Assembly: GCA_964394435.1 (NCBI GenBank) | Contig: CAYMXN010000002.1 | Location: forward strand, 142,196-206,195 | Direction of reading: 5' to 3' | DNA length: 64,000 nt | From: an uncultured Candidatus Saccharibacteria bacterium | GTDB taxonomy: Bacteria > Patescibacteriota > Minisyncoccia > UBA6257 > 1-14-0-10-44-23 | Shown: positions 1 through 8,162 of the stretch, one piece after another | Layout of the letters: each line of letters opens with the position of its first letter | Numbering within the stretch: position 1 is the stretch's first letter | Notes under the pieces: generated by a model | Databases searched by the model: none | Told to the model about the DNA's origin: nothing | What the model saw: the letters and a program-made list of their open reading frames with translations, nothing else | Position numbers and translations under genes: made by a program

Positions 1-155
1 ATGGTGCCGATAGTGCTCACAAAGTCGAGGTGTCCACCGATAACGCGTACGGCGTCGATGGCTGCGTTGGTTGGCCTTGGCGCGACAAAAAATCCTAATG
101 AGCCAAGAAAGACTCCGATGATGACGATTTTTTGTGAGAGTTTGAGCGGCGACAT
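1..155 (-). CDS. Partial CDS, N-terminus of a membrane-anchored hypothetical protein (MSPLKLSQKIVIIGVFLGSLGFF...), continues off the left edge
   Basis: ATG at 155..153 on minus strand immediately after stop of downstream gene; hydrophobic N-terminal segment; no recognisable family. Confidence 0.35.
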   Translation of the reverse strand, partial: MSPLKLSQKIVIIGVFLGSLGFFVAPRPTNAAIDAVRVIGGHLDFVSTIGT

Positions 156-920
156 TTAACCGTTGAGTTTTTGCTTATCGATAAATGCGTTTATTTCAGA
201 AATAAGTTGGCGGGATTCGTTGATGACGATTGAGTTGAACTGGAGCACGAGAAAAGCTTGGAGTGGGTCGTTTTCATAATTAGCAGCTACACGTAAGATA
301 TTTTTTTCAGTTCCGAGAAAAGCGATTTGTTTTGTGTGAAAGATAAGGGCTGTGCGTGGGACGGAGACGTTATATAAATCTTGCTCGGCTTTGAGATACG
401 CGTTAGCGAGAGTCTGGTAGTCGGTTGGGAGCGGGTCTTGGCTCGTAGCAAACCGCACTTCGCTAAGCTTTACGAGAATATCATTGAGCGATGAAAAGTA
501 TTGAATGAGCGCTTCTTTGCTCGTATCATCGGCAATGATTAGCTTTGCGCTTTCTACGCTGGCTCGTAGTTTGTCGGAGTCAAAGTCGTGTATCGCCTCT
601 TCGATGGCGTTTTGAATAGCTTGATCTGGAGGGATCGCTGTTATTTGACGCTTACTGTCTTGCGTAACCGGCCCTTCGGGATTTTTTTCAATAATCTCCT
701 TGGCGACTTGGGCGCTAAACTTTGCGCTTAAGTTTTCAGGGGTAATTGAACTTCCCGCTGGAAGCTGCTCTACCTTGAGAAGCTCCGGTGTTTTTGCCAC
801 CTCTGTTTTTAGCGGCGCCTTATCGCCAAATATAAATATAACGATAAGGTATAGGGCGAAAATGGCGATAAAGCCAATGAGAGTTTTTGATATGATTCGT
901 TTCATTGGAGCGTACGCCAA
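156..920 (-). CDS. Hypothetical membrane-anchored protein (single N-terminal TM helix, soluble C-terminal domain)
   Basis: 254-aa ORF from track; hydrophobic segment LIGFIAIFALYLIVIFIF near N-terminus; alternative start ATG at 905 (MKRIIS); no family recognised. Confidence 0.5.
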   Translation of the reverse strand: MAYAPMKRIISKTLIGFIAIFALYLIVIFIFGDKAPLKTEVAKTPELLKVEQLPAGSSITPENLSAKFSAQVAKEIIEKNPEGPVTQDSKRQITAIPPDQAIQNAIEEAIHDFDSDKLRASVESAKLIIADDTSKEALIQYFSSLNDILVKLSEVRFATSQDPLPTDYQTLANAYLKAEQDLYNVSVPRTALIFHTKQIAFLGTEKNILRVAANYENDPLQAFLVLQFNSIVINESRQLISEINAFIDKQKLNG

Positions 921-975
921 TTTCTAACGTGCGCGCAGCACACGTCTTCTATAATTGTACACTTTTTTTCGCTAC

Positions 976-1761
976 TTAGTTAGTGGAAAAATAACCACAC
1001 AGCTCGAGGAGTTTCTCGAGAGTGAGATCTTGAGGTCTGACGGCGGGTTTAAGCCCGATTTTGCTGATGATTTCAGCTATTTCTGCTTTTTCGAGCTTCG
1101 CGGGGGCGCCCCCGAGGTTGTTGAGAAGTGTTTTGCGGGGTTGCTTAAATATCGCTCTGATTAAGCCATAGTAGGCTTTCGCGCTTACGGATTCTATTGG
1201 TGGTTTAGTTGTGAGCTTGATAATACTTGAGTCTACTTTTGGTGCGGGCTCAAAATCAGTTGATTTGAGATGCATAAGTATTTTTGGTTCAGCCCAGAAC
1301 TGCGTAGCGGCTGCCAAAAGGTTCATCTCTGGCTTGGTGGCGCTTATGCGCTGCGCGACTTCTTTTTGAATCATTAAAACAGTAATAACCGGTTTGTGCT
1401 TTAGCTCGCTAATAGTGCGCATCAAGTGGCCAGTAATGTAGTACGGGATATTGCCGATGATTTTATACTCCCCTTTAGTGAGATTGACGATATGTGGTAG
1501 TACGGCGAGCGCGTCTTCGATCACTACGCGGAACATACTATCCTCGTACTGCTTAAAGTTCTGTGCGAGGACGGGGTCACGTTCGATAACGGTGAGTTGG
1601 CAGTTTTTCGCTTTGCACATTTCAATGAGTGGCAATGTGAGCGCTCCTTTGCCTGGTCCGATTTCTATAATTTTATCGCCGGCAGTAAGCTCGAGCGCTT
1701 CAAGGCTCGTTTTGATTGCGGCGTTGTTTTTGAGGAAGTTTTGTCCAAGGCGAGATGGCAT
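976..1761 (-). CDS. rsmA: 16S rRNA (adenine1518/1519-N6)-dimethyltransferase RsmA/KsgA
   Basis: N-terminal GQNFL motif and SAM-binding IEIGPGKGALT motif characteristic of KsgA/Dim1 family. Confidence 0.85.
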   Translation of the reverse strand: MPSRLGQNFLKNNAAIKTSLEALELTAGDKIIEIGPGKGALTLPLIEMCKAKNCQLTVIERDPVLAQNFKQYEDSMFRVVIEDALAVLPHIVNLTKGEYKIIGNIPYYITGHLMRTISELKHKPVITVLMIQKEVAQRISATKPEMNLLAAATQFWAEPKILMHLKSTDFEPAPKVDSSIIKLTTKPPIESVSAKAYYGLIRAIFKQPRKTLLNNLGGAPAKLEKAEIAEIISKIGLKPAVRPQDLTLEKLLELCGYFSTN

Positions 1762-1865
1762 AAGGGGTTTGGATGACGAGTGAGTTACGAGTTATGAAGT
1801 ATGAGGCATTCCTACAAATCTTTTGATTTATCATACATCGTAACTCATAATTCGGATATATTTTT

Positions 1866-3689
1866 TTATTGTTCGATATACATATCATCCTCTGATGGGA
1901 GGCCGTGCATATTTCCGGTTGGGCTAATGAACTTGAGGAGTTCGGTCGGTATCTCGTAGAGGAAGCGCGACGGATAGGAGTGGAATAAAATGTAGAGCGT
2001 TTTTTTAGCGCGAGTCATCGCAACATACATCAACCGGCGCTCTTCTTCGACTTCTTCAAGACGCAACATTGATTTTTCGTGCGGTAAAACTCCTTCGTTT
2101 ACGCCAATGATAAATACGTGATCAAACTCGAGACCTTTGGCGATATGAATGGTCATTAAATTTATCTGTGCAGTTCGACGAGTTTGTTTTTCATTTGACG
2201 GGGCGTCGGCTGATTGTAGAAGCGAGACGCGTTCGATTAACTCTTCGAGCGTAGTGAATTGTGAGGCGAACTCGATGAGTTCGGCGACGTTTTCCATGCG
2301 CTCGATTGGATTTTCAAACTTACTTTCGAGGCGGTCTTTGTATCGACTTTCGACGAGGAAAAAGTTGATGAGTTCGACCGGGGCTAGCTTTTCTCCAGCT
2401 GCCCTAAGTTTTGGGACCAATTCGGCAGAAACCCTTTTGCCAAGCGCCTTTTCGAGCCTTTCAACGCTTAATGTGTCATTTGGGTTGAGGGCGATTTTTA
2501 ACCCGGCGATTAAGTCTTTAATTTCTTTGCGTTCATAGAATTTTAATCCACCGAAAATCTTGTACGAAAAATTGTACGAGATAAGCGATTGTTCGATCGC
2601 GCGGGATTGAGCGTTGGTGCGGTAGATGATGGCGATTTCCGCATTCGGGTTTTTAGTAAACAGATTGTCGATTTCCGAGGCGATCCAAGCAGCTTCGACA
2701 TCTTGATCTTCGGCGGCTACTAGGCGGACTTTTTCTCCGTCAGGATTTTCGGTCCAAAGATTCTTTTTGGTCTGAACAGTATTATTTTTAATAACCGCGC
2801 TAGCTGCAGAGATGATGTTTCCGGTTGAGCGATAGTTTTGTTCAAGGCGAACTATTTTCGCGTTTGGCCAGTCGCGTGAGAAGTTAAGAAAGTTTCTAAA
2901 ATCAGCTCCGCGAAATGAGTAAATGGCTTGGGCGTCATCGCCTACGACGCTGACATTGTTGTGTTTTTGCGCGAGGAGCTTGATGAGTTGATACTGGGTT
3001 GTGTTGATATCTTGATACTCATCGACGAGGATTTGTGAAAATTTCAGTTGATACTTTTCTAGGATTTCTGGGTTGGCGCGAAATAAGCGAACTGGTTTTT
3101 CAATGAGGTCATCAAAATCAAACGCATTATTCTTTTTGAGTTCGTTCTCATAGCGGTGGTAGATTTCGGCGAGTGTTTGCATCCACTCATCCCCTCCTTC
3201 GGCTAAATCTTCGATGCTGGCGAGCTCACTTTTTAGGTTGGAGATCTTCTTCAGGACTACCGCTGGCTTAAAACGATCGCCTGAAAGGTCCATTTGCTTA
3301 GTAATTTTTTTAATGATGCTTAGTGAGTCGTCGTCATCAAAAATAGTGAAGTTTTTAGTACGCCCGAGGTGTTGGGCTTCTTCTTTGACGATGCGGGCGC
3401 CAAACGAGTGGAATGTGCCGATAAATGGAATTCCCGGGGTTGGGAACGGACCTCCCCAGGCGGGTTTTGGCGCATCTTTACCAAATACGCGCTGGCGCAT
3501 CTCTTCGGCGGCCTTATTGGTAAAGGTGATAGCGACGATTTCTTGTGGGCGGACGCCTTTTTCGATAAGCATCTTTAGGCGACCTGTGAGGGCGCGAGTC
3601 TTGCCCGAACCAGCTCCAGCGGCCATTAATAGTGGTCCGCCAAGGTGGTTTATGGCTTCTTCTTGGGCTTTATTAAAGGATTTTTCCAT
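1866..3689 (-). CDS. ATP-dependent DNA helicase, UvrD/PcrA/Rep superfamily 1
   Basis: Walker A AGAGSGKTRALTGR at N-terminus, helicase motifs (DEYQD, QNYRS, VTRAK) typical of UvrD/PcrA. Confidence 0.85.
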   Translation of the reverse strand: MEKSFNKAQEEAINHLGGPLLMAAGAGSGKTRALTGRLKMLIEKGVRPQEIVAITFTNKAAEEMRQRVFGKDAPKPAWGGPFPTPGIPFIGTFHSFGARIVKEEAQHLGRTKNFTIFDDDDSLSIIKKITKQMDLSGDRFKPAVVLKKISNLKSELASIEDLAEGGDEWMQTLAEIYHRYENELKKNNAFDFDDLIEKPVRLFRANPEILEKYQLKFSQILVDEYQDINTTQYQLIKLLAQKHNNVSVVGDDAQAIYSFRGADFRNFLNFSRDWPNAKIVRLEQNYRSTGNIISAASAVIKNNTVQTKKNLWTENPDGEKVRLVAAEDQDVEAAWIASEIDNLFTKNPNAEIAIIYRTNAQSRAIEQSLISYNFSYKIFGGLKFYERKEIKDLIAGLKIALNPNDTLSVERLEKALGKRVSAELVPKLRAAGEKLAPVELINFFLVESRYKDRLESKFENPIERMENVAELIEFASQFTTLEELIERVSLLQSADAPSNEKQTRRTAQINLMTIHIAKGLEFDHVFIIGVNEGVLPHEKSMLRLEEVEEERRLMYVAMTRAKKTLYILFHSYPSRFLYEIPTELLKFISPTGNMHGLPSEDDMYIEQ

Positions 3690-3857
3690 GATTTTGGGGT
3701 AATTTGCTATTTTAGAATTTTGTTGTATTGTATCTTCCGAAAGTCGCTCAAATGTGCTAGTATATTAGCTATTAGTACTTTAGCTAGAAAACTGAATATT
3801 GCCAAAAAAGTCCTATCCCGCATCCTGTCCAGCACTCTTGCTTTACCGGTTGTCCTG

Positions 3858-4811
3858 ATGCTCGCGGGGGTTGTTTTAGATTTAGCTGTAATCATTCATC
3901 CGAGTGGTGCACAGGCTGTATATGGAGGTCCGGAAGTTGCTGTTCCACTTGGTGAGTCATTTTTCGACAGTGCGTACATCGCGGACAACTTTCCTGATGA
4001 CCTCGCTCTTTCTACGAGTGATCAGACGGCTGGTTTCTTGCTGCTTGATGAGTCGGCGGCTTTTGGGTCAAATGGGCCACTGGCTGGCAATTTGGCAAAT
4101 CGTGACGGCGTACTCACCTATCGCATTCAAAAGGGAGATACGCTTTCCTCGATTGCTGCGAGTTTTGGCATTTCTTTAAACACGGTCCTTTGGGCAAATC
4201 GTAGCTTGAGTGCGACCGCGCTCAAGACTGGTTCACAAATTGCGATTTTGCCTGTTTCTGGTGTTTTGCATCGCGTCAGCGAGGGCGATACCGTTCAATC
4301 AATCGCTGCGCTCTATGGAGTCCCAGCTGAACGGATACTCAAGTATAACAAAAATGTAACGCTCGCCTCGATTAATCAGGATTCGGTTATCGTACCAGGG
4401 GCAAAGCCGCAACAAAATGTTGCTCTAAATTCAACGACGAAACTTCCGAAGCTTACTGGATACTTTGCCGCTCCGACGAAGGGATGGATTTTTAAAACGA
4501 TTCACGCGAAGAACGGTGTTGATATTGCTAATGTGTGTGGGACTCCAGTGTACGCTTCGGCTGATGGTTTAGTTGCGGAGTCTTCTGATGGGTGGAATGG
4601 TGGGTATGGTAATCATATTGTCGTTGATCATCCAAATGGAACGCATACACACTATGCTCACCTTTCGAAGCGCATTGTTGATGCGGGTGATTATGTTTCT
4701 CAGGGTCAGTTGATTGGTGAGATCGGTAATACGGGTAATGTGCACGGGCCAACGGGCTGTCACTTGCACTACGAGGTTTGGGGCGCGGTTAATGAGCTAG
4801 GCGAAAACTAG
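3858..4811 (+). CDS. Secreted LysM-domain M23 family metallopeptidase (peptidoglycan hydrolase); start uncertain (track ORF begins 3645 but overlaps helicase and lies upstream of the putative promoter)
   Basis: Two LysM repeats (YRIQKGDTLSSIAASFGISLNTVLWAN; HRVSEGDTVQSIAALYGVPAERILKYN) and M23 motifs (GNHIVVDHPNG..HYAHL; GNTGNVHGPTGCHLHYEV); extended -10 TGCTAGTAT at 3755-3763. Confidence 0.7.
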   Translation: MLAGVVLDLAVIIHPSGAQAVYGGPEVAVPLGESFFDSAYIADNFPDDLALSTSDQTAGFLLLDESAAFGSNGPLAGNLANRDGVLTYRIQKGDTLSSIAASFGISLNTVLWANRSLSATALKTGSQIAILPVSGVLHRVSEGDTVQSIAALYGVPAERILKYNKNVTLASINQDSVIVPGAKPQQNVALNSTTKLPKLTGYFAAPTKGWIFKTIHAKNGVDIANVCGTPVYASADGLVAESSDGWNGGYGNHIVVDHPNGTHTHYAHLSKRIVDAGDYVSQGQLIGEIGNTGNVHGPTGCHLHYEVWGAVNELGEN

Positions 4812-4857
4812 TTTCCCCTCTCAAACTTTGCTAGTATATAGGTAATACATATTATTT

Positions 4858-5205
4858 ATGATTGAACAAAAAGTACTCGCACAGTTAAAGAGTAAGCTTG
4901 AGGCGACCAAGATTGAACTTGAGAAGGAGATGGCTGAACTCTCTAAAAACCCAGATATGGGTAGTGACGTCGATGCATTTGATGAAGAGACTGATGAGGC
5001 GGAAGAGTTTTCGGCTAACATGGGTATGCTCGAGTCAGTTAAGGAACGCTACCAGTCAGTAAAGGATGCGCTTGCAAAGATGGCTGCTGGTACTTATGGA
5101 TACTGCGAGAAAAGCCACAAAGAGATTGAGCTTGAAGTATTGCTCGCTGATCCTGAATCGAGGTACTGCAAGGAGTATAAGGTGAAATTGAATACAAAAG
5201 CTTAA
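4858..5205 (+). CDS. DksA/TraR-family-like small regulator (degenerate zinc finger, acidic coiled-coil tip)
   Basis: 115 aa, N-terminal coiled coil, acidic tip DVDAFDEETDEAEE, C-terminal C-x17-C remnant of C4 finger (YCEKSH...RYCKEY); family assignment tentative. Confidence 0.4.
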   Translation: MIEQKVLAQLKSKLEATKIELEKEMAELSKNPDMGSDVDAFDEETDEAEEFSANMGMLESVKERYQSVKDALAKMAAGTYGYCEKSHKEIELEVLLADPESRYCKEYKVKLNTKA

Positions 5206-5218
5206 CCGTTTAAGCTTT

Positions 5219-6766
5219 ATGACAAAGACTAGTTTTTCAAAAGTCTTGTCGGCAGAGCTTGAAGGTATTGAGGCGCGAGCTATTGAGGTGGAGACCGACG
5301 TGTATGTCGGTCTCCATTCGTTTTCAATTGTCGGACTGGCTGATAAAGCTCTTTCGGAATCAAAAGAGCGTATTAATGCGGCACTTAAGAATAGTGGTAT
5401 TAAGCCGCCAAGCAGAGAGAATAAAAAGATTATCGTAAATCTAGCCCCTGCTGATGTTAAGAAGACGGGATCGCAGTATGATTTGCCGATCGCACTTGGA
5501 TATCTATTGGCGAGTCAGCAACTTAAGCCGTTTGATGGCTCACAAAAACTATTTGTTGGTGAGCTCGCGCTTGATGGCGGTGTTCGACCGGTGAGTGGCG
5601 TGCTTAATATTGCCCGACTTGCTCGCGAGCGAGGAGTGCGAGAATTGTTTGTGCCACTTGAAAACGCGGCAGAGGCGGCGATTATACCCGAGCTCGAGGT
5701 CGTACCCGTCGAGCATTTAACGCAGCTTATCGCCCACCTTGAGGGGCGTAAGCGTATTGCCCTTCAGCCAAGTACGCGCATCGACCGTGAGCAGGCTGCT
5801 CATCCGGTTGATATTGGAGATGTGAAGGGGCAAGCTCATGCGAAGCGCGCGCTGATGATTGCGGCTGCTGGCGGGCACAATCTATTAATGGTTGGTCCAC
5901 CGGGTACGGGTAAGACGATGCTCGCACAGTCATTGACTTCGATACTCCCCCCACTTGAGCTTGAGGAGATTATCGAGGTGAGTCAGATTTATAGCTCGGC
6001 CGGACTTTTGAAAAATCAGGCGTATGTTGCGCATCGGCCGTTTCGTTCGCCTCACCAGACTTCTTCATCGGTTGCGATTATTGGTGGCGGACAGACTCCG
6101 CGCCCGGGAGAGATTAGCTTGGCGCATCGCGGTGTTTTGTTCCTGGATGAGCTACCGGAGTTTCGACGTGATCTGCTTGAGGCACTCCGACAGCCGCTAG
6201 AAAGCGGCAAGGCGATTGTTACGCGCATCAAGAATAATCTCACCTTCCCCGCCCATTTTATCTTAGTGGCGGCGATGAATCCGTGTCCGTGCGGGTATTA
6301 TGGTGATAGTGAAAAAGCTTGTCAGTGTTCGATGAATGAGATTTTGCGGTATCAGAAAAAGATCTCTGGTCCTCTATTAGACCGTATTGATTTACAGATT
6401 CATGTTCCGCGGACAAAAATTGGGGAGCTGCGAAGTGTCCAAGTTGGTTTAAGTGATGAGGCGAAGCGGATCAGGGAGCAAGTTCTTCTAGCGAGGCGGA
6501 AGCAGCGTGAACGACTTGGCTCGCGGAAGCACATCTTTACTAATGCCGAAATGAGCTCAAAAGATGTTGATGCTCTGGTTGAGCTTACCGCAGAAGCGGA
6601 AGATTTTATTAAGCAGATATTTGATAAGTCGATGATTAGTGCGCGTGGGTATTATCGGATTTTAAAAACTGCGCAGACGATTGCGGATGTTGAAGGAAGT
6701 AAAGTTGTGAGTAAGCCGCATATCGCTGAAGCATTTAATTATCGGTTGCGAGAGCAAGCTGCTTAA
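5219..6766 (+). CDS. comM: YifB/ComM family Mg-chelatase-like AAA+ ATPase
   Basis: N-terminal Lon-protease-like domain, Walker A GPPGTGKTMLAQ, ChlI-type AAA+ core, conserved C-terminal domain; typical 515 aa length. Confidence 0.85.
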   Translation: MTKTSFSKVLSAELEGIEARAIEVETDVYVGLHSFSIVGLADKALSESKERINAALKNSGIKPPSRENKKIIVNLAPADVKKTGSQYDLPIALGYLLASQQLKPFDGSQKLFVGELALDGGVRPVSGVLNIARLARERGVRELFVPLENAAEAAIIPELEVVPVEHLTQLIAHLEGRKRIALQPSTRIDREQAAHPVDIGDVKGQAHAKRALMIAAAGGHNLLMVGPPGTGKTMLAQSLTSILPPLELEEIIEVSQIYSSAGLLKNQAYVAHRPFRSPHQTSSSVAIIGGGQTPRPGEISLAHRGVLFLDELPEFRRDLLEALRQPLESGKAIVTRIKNNLTFPAHFILVAAMNPCPCGYYGDSEKACQCSMNEILRYQKKISGPLLDRIDLQIHVPRTKIGELRSVQVGLSDEAKRIREQVLLARRKQRERLGSRKHIFTNAEMSSKDVDALVELTAEAEDFIKQIFDKSMISARGYYRILKTAQTIADVEGSKVVSKPHIAEAFNYRLREQAA

Positions 6767-6774
6767 AACAATAC

Positions 6775-6800
6775 AAAAACCGCCGGAAGGCGGTTTTTTG
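6775..6800. terminator. Rho-independent terminator hairpin (bidirectional) after comM
   Basis: AAAAACCGCC-GGAA-GGCGGTTTTTT immediately after TAA at 6764. Confidence 0.7.
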
Positions 6801-6809
6801 TATTGTTTT

Positions 6810-7748
6810 CTATAAACCGAGTAAGCGCAGGGACTCTTTAAGTCCGTCGTACGATGTGTTGATTACGAAGTAGTTATTTACAATCGCGTAATTGAACGAG
6901 GCCCCATTGCTGCCCGTTGCGTACCTGTCGGTGATAGTTTTATACGTTCCGTTTTTGAATGGTGCGAGTTTTCCAGGATTGCTTACGTAGAAGTTTGTTA
7001 GGTCGTTTGTTTCAAGTAGGGCGACCCATTGTGCGAGTGTTTCGAGGTTCGCATCAGCTTTTAATTTGACGATGTAGCCAGGCCATGTGCCTTTGTTGTC
7101 TTTGTATACATAGGCCGTAAAGTCATCTTCCATCCAAGTGCTCGCCTGGGCTGCATCTGGGAAGCTTGGCAGTAAGGCGGTGAGATATTTCGCAAAAGCG
7201 AGCTGGCCTTTTTCATCGCTCATCAGAACTTCAGTAAGCGACTCATTAGCGGCGTTATCACCTACTGACTTAAGGATTCCATTGATTGACGCTAGGTCGA
7301 GTGCGGTTGGTTGAGCTGGGACTTTGCCGGCCGGCTCAAACACGAATGCGGAGGTGTGTGGAGTGAGCGTTGGGGCGACTGGAGCTATTGGTGCTTCTGG
7401 GGCGGATGGCACGGCTGGGGTTGCTGCTGGCGTTTGCGTCATTGGTTGCGGGGCGAGCATCGGATAGATGACGTAGTAGCCAAGTGCGGCGAGTCCGATA
7501 ATAACTACGAGGATGATGATCATCCAGAGCGCTTTGCCTGATTTTGGCTTATCGACAACTACCCCGAGATTGCTCATCTGATTATTTGTTTCTGGGGTAA
7601 AGACGGGGTCTTTTTCATCAAAAACCGAACTACCTGGCATTGGCTTTGCTGCCTGGTTGATATCCGATTGCATCGTGCGAATATCGGTTTGTGGGTTCAG
7701 AGATGGCGGGACCTGTTGATTAGGTTGTTGCGGATTAAGTGGATCCAT
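6810..7748 (-). CDS. Hypothetical membrane protein, paralog of the upstream 100-aa gene (P/Q-rich N-terminus, RTMQSDI motif, one TM, ~200-aa extracytoplasmic domain)
   Basis: Shares motif block ...RTM(Q/R)SDI...K..GK ALL/ALW..I..L(A)ALGY(F/Y)V(L/I)YPM with ORF 7773..8075. Confidence 0.55.
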   Translation of the reverse strand: MDPLNPQQPNQQVPPSLNPQTDIRTMQSDINQAAKPMPGSSVFDEKDPVFTPETNNQMSNLGVVVDKPKSGKALWMIIILVVIIGLAALGYYVIYPMLAPQPMTQTPAATPAVPSAPEAPIAPVAPTLTPHTSAFVFEPAGKVPAQPTALDLASINGILKSVGDNAANESLTEVLMSDEKGQLAFAKYLTALLPSFPDAAQASTWMEDDFTAYVYKDNKGTWPGYIVKLKADANLETLAQWVALLETNDLTNFYVSNPGKLAPFKNGTYKTITDRYATGSNGASFNYAIVNNYFVINTSYDGLKESLRLLGL

Positions 7749-7772
7749 GTGAGTGCGTTTTTATTTTAATAA

Positions 7773-8075
7773 TTATTCTGACGTGGGGACGTTTACTGGC
7801 GAAAATGATTTCATAACCATTGGATAGAGAACGAAGTATCCGAGGGCGAGTATCGCGAGCAGTATAAGGATGAGTAGTGCTCGCTTCCCCTTGCCGCCGC
7901 TTTTTATCACGGCGATCTGGCTATCCTCTTCGATGCTGTTCTCTATTTTTGACACTGACTCTGGCCGTGGTTCGACCTCTCCCCTGGCGACCGAGGCGAT
8001 ATCTGATCGCATCGTGCGGACCAGCACTTCTGGAGCTGGTGGTGGGGGGACGTTGGTATGTTGTTGATCGCTCAT
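7773..8075 (-). CDS. Small membrane protein (P-rich N-terminus, RTMRSDI motif, single TM), paralogous to N-terminal part of 6810..7748
   Basis: Tandem arrangement, 25-nt spacing, conserved motif and TM helix ILLAILALGYFVLYPMV. Confidence 0.5.
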   Translation of the reverse strand: MSDQQHTNVPPPPAPEVLVRTMRSDIASVARGEVEPRPESVSKIENSIEEDSQIAVIKSGGKGKRALLILILLAILALGYFVLYPMVMKSFSPVNVPTSE

Positions 8076-8128
8076 ATGTTTAGTCTACTACACGTCTTCA
8101 TTTTCCGCTTCTTTTGGTGTGTACAACA

Positions 8129-8156
8129 AAAAACCGCCCTATTGTGAGCGGTTTCT
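8129..8156 (-). terminator. Rho-independent terminator downstream of pnp
   Basis: Minus-strand hairpin AAACCGCTCACAATAGGGCGGTTTTTTGTTG directly after pnp stop. Confidence 0.6.
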
Positions 8157-8162
8157 TGTTAT

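Noticed and set aside
1762-1865. Inverted repeat GAGTTACGA ... TCGTAACTC between ksgA start and helicase stop
   Set aside because: It probably just forms part of the helicase terminator / ksgA promoter region. It is a single occurrence with no further support.
3645-3857. Upstream extension of the LysM-M23 peptidase ORF to ATG 3645
   Set aside because: It overlaps the helicase gene start (3689) by 45 nt and lies upstream of the TGCTAGTAT -10 at 3755-3763. The extension is low-complexity hydrophobic.
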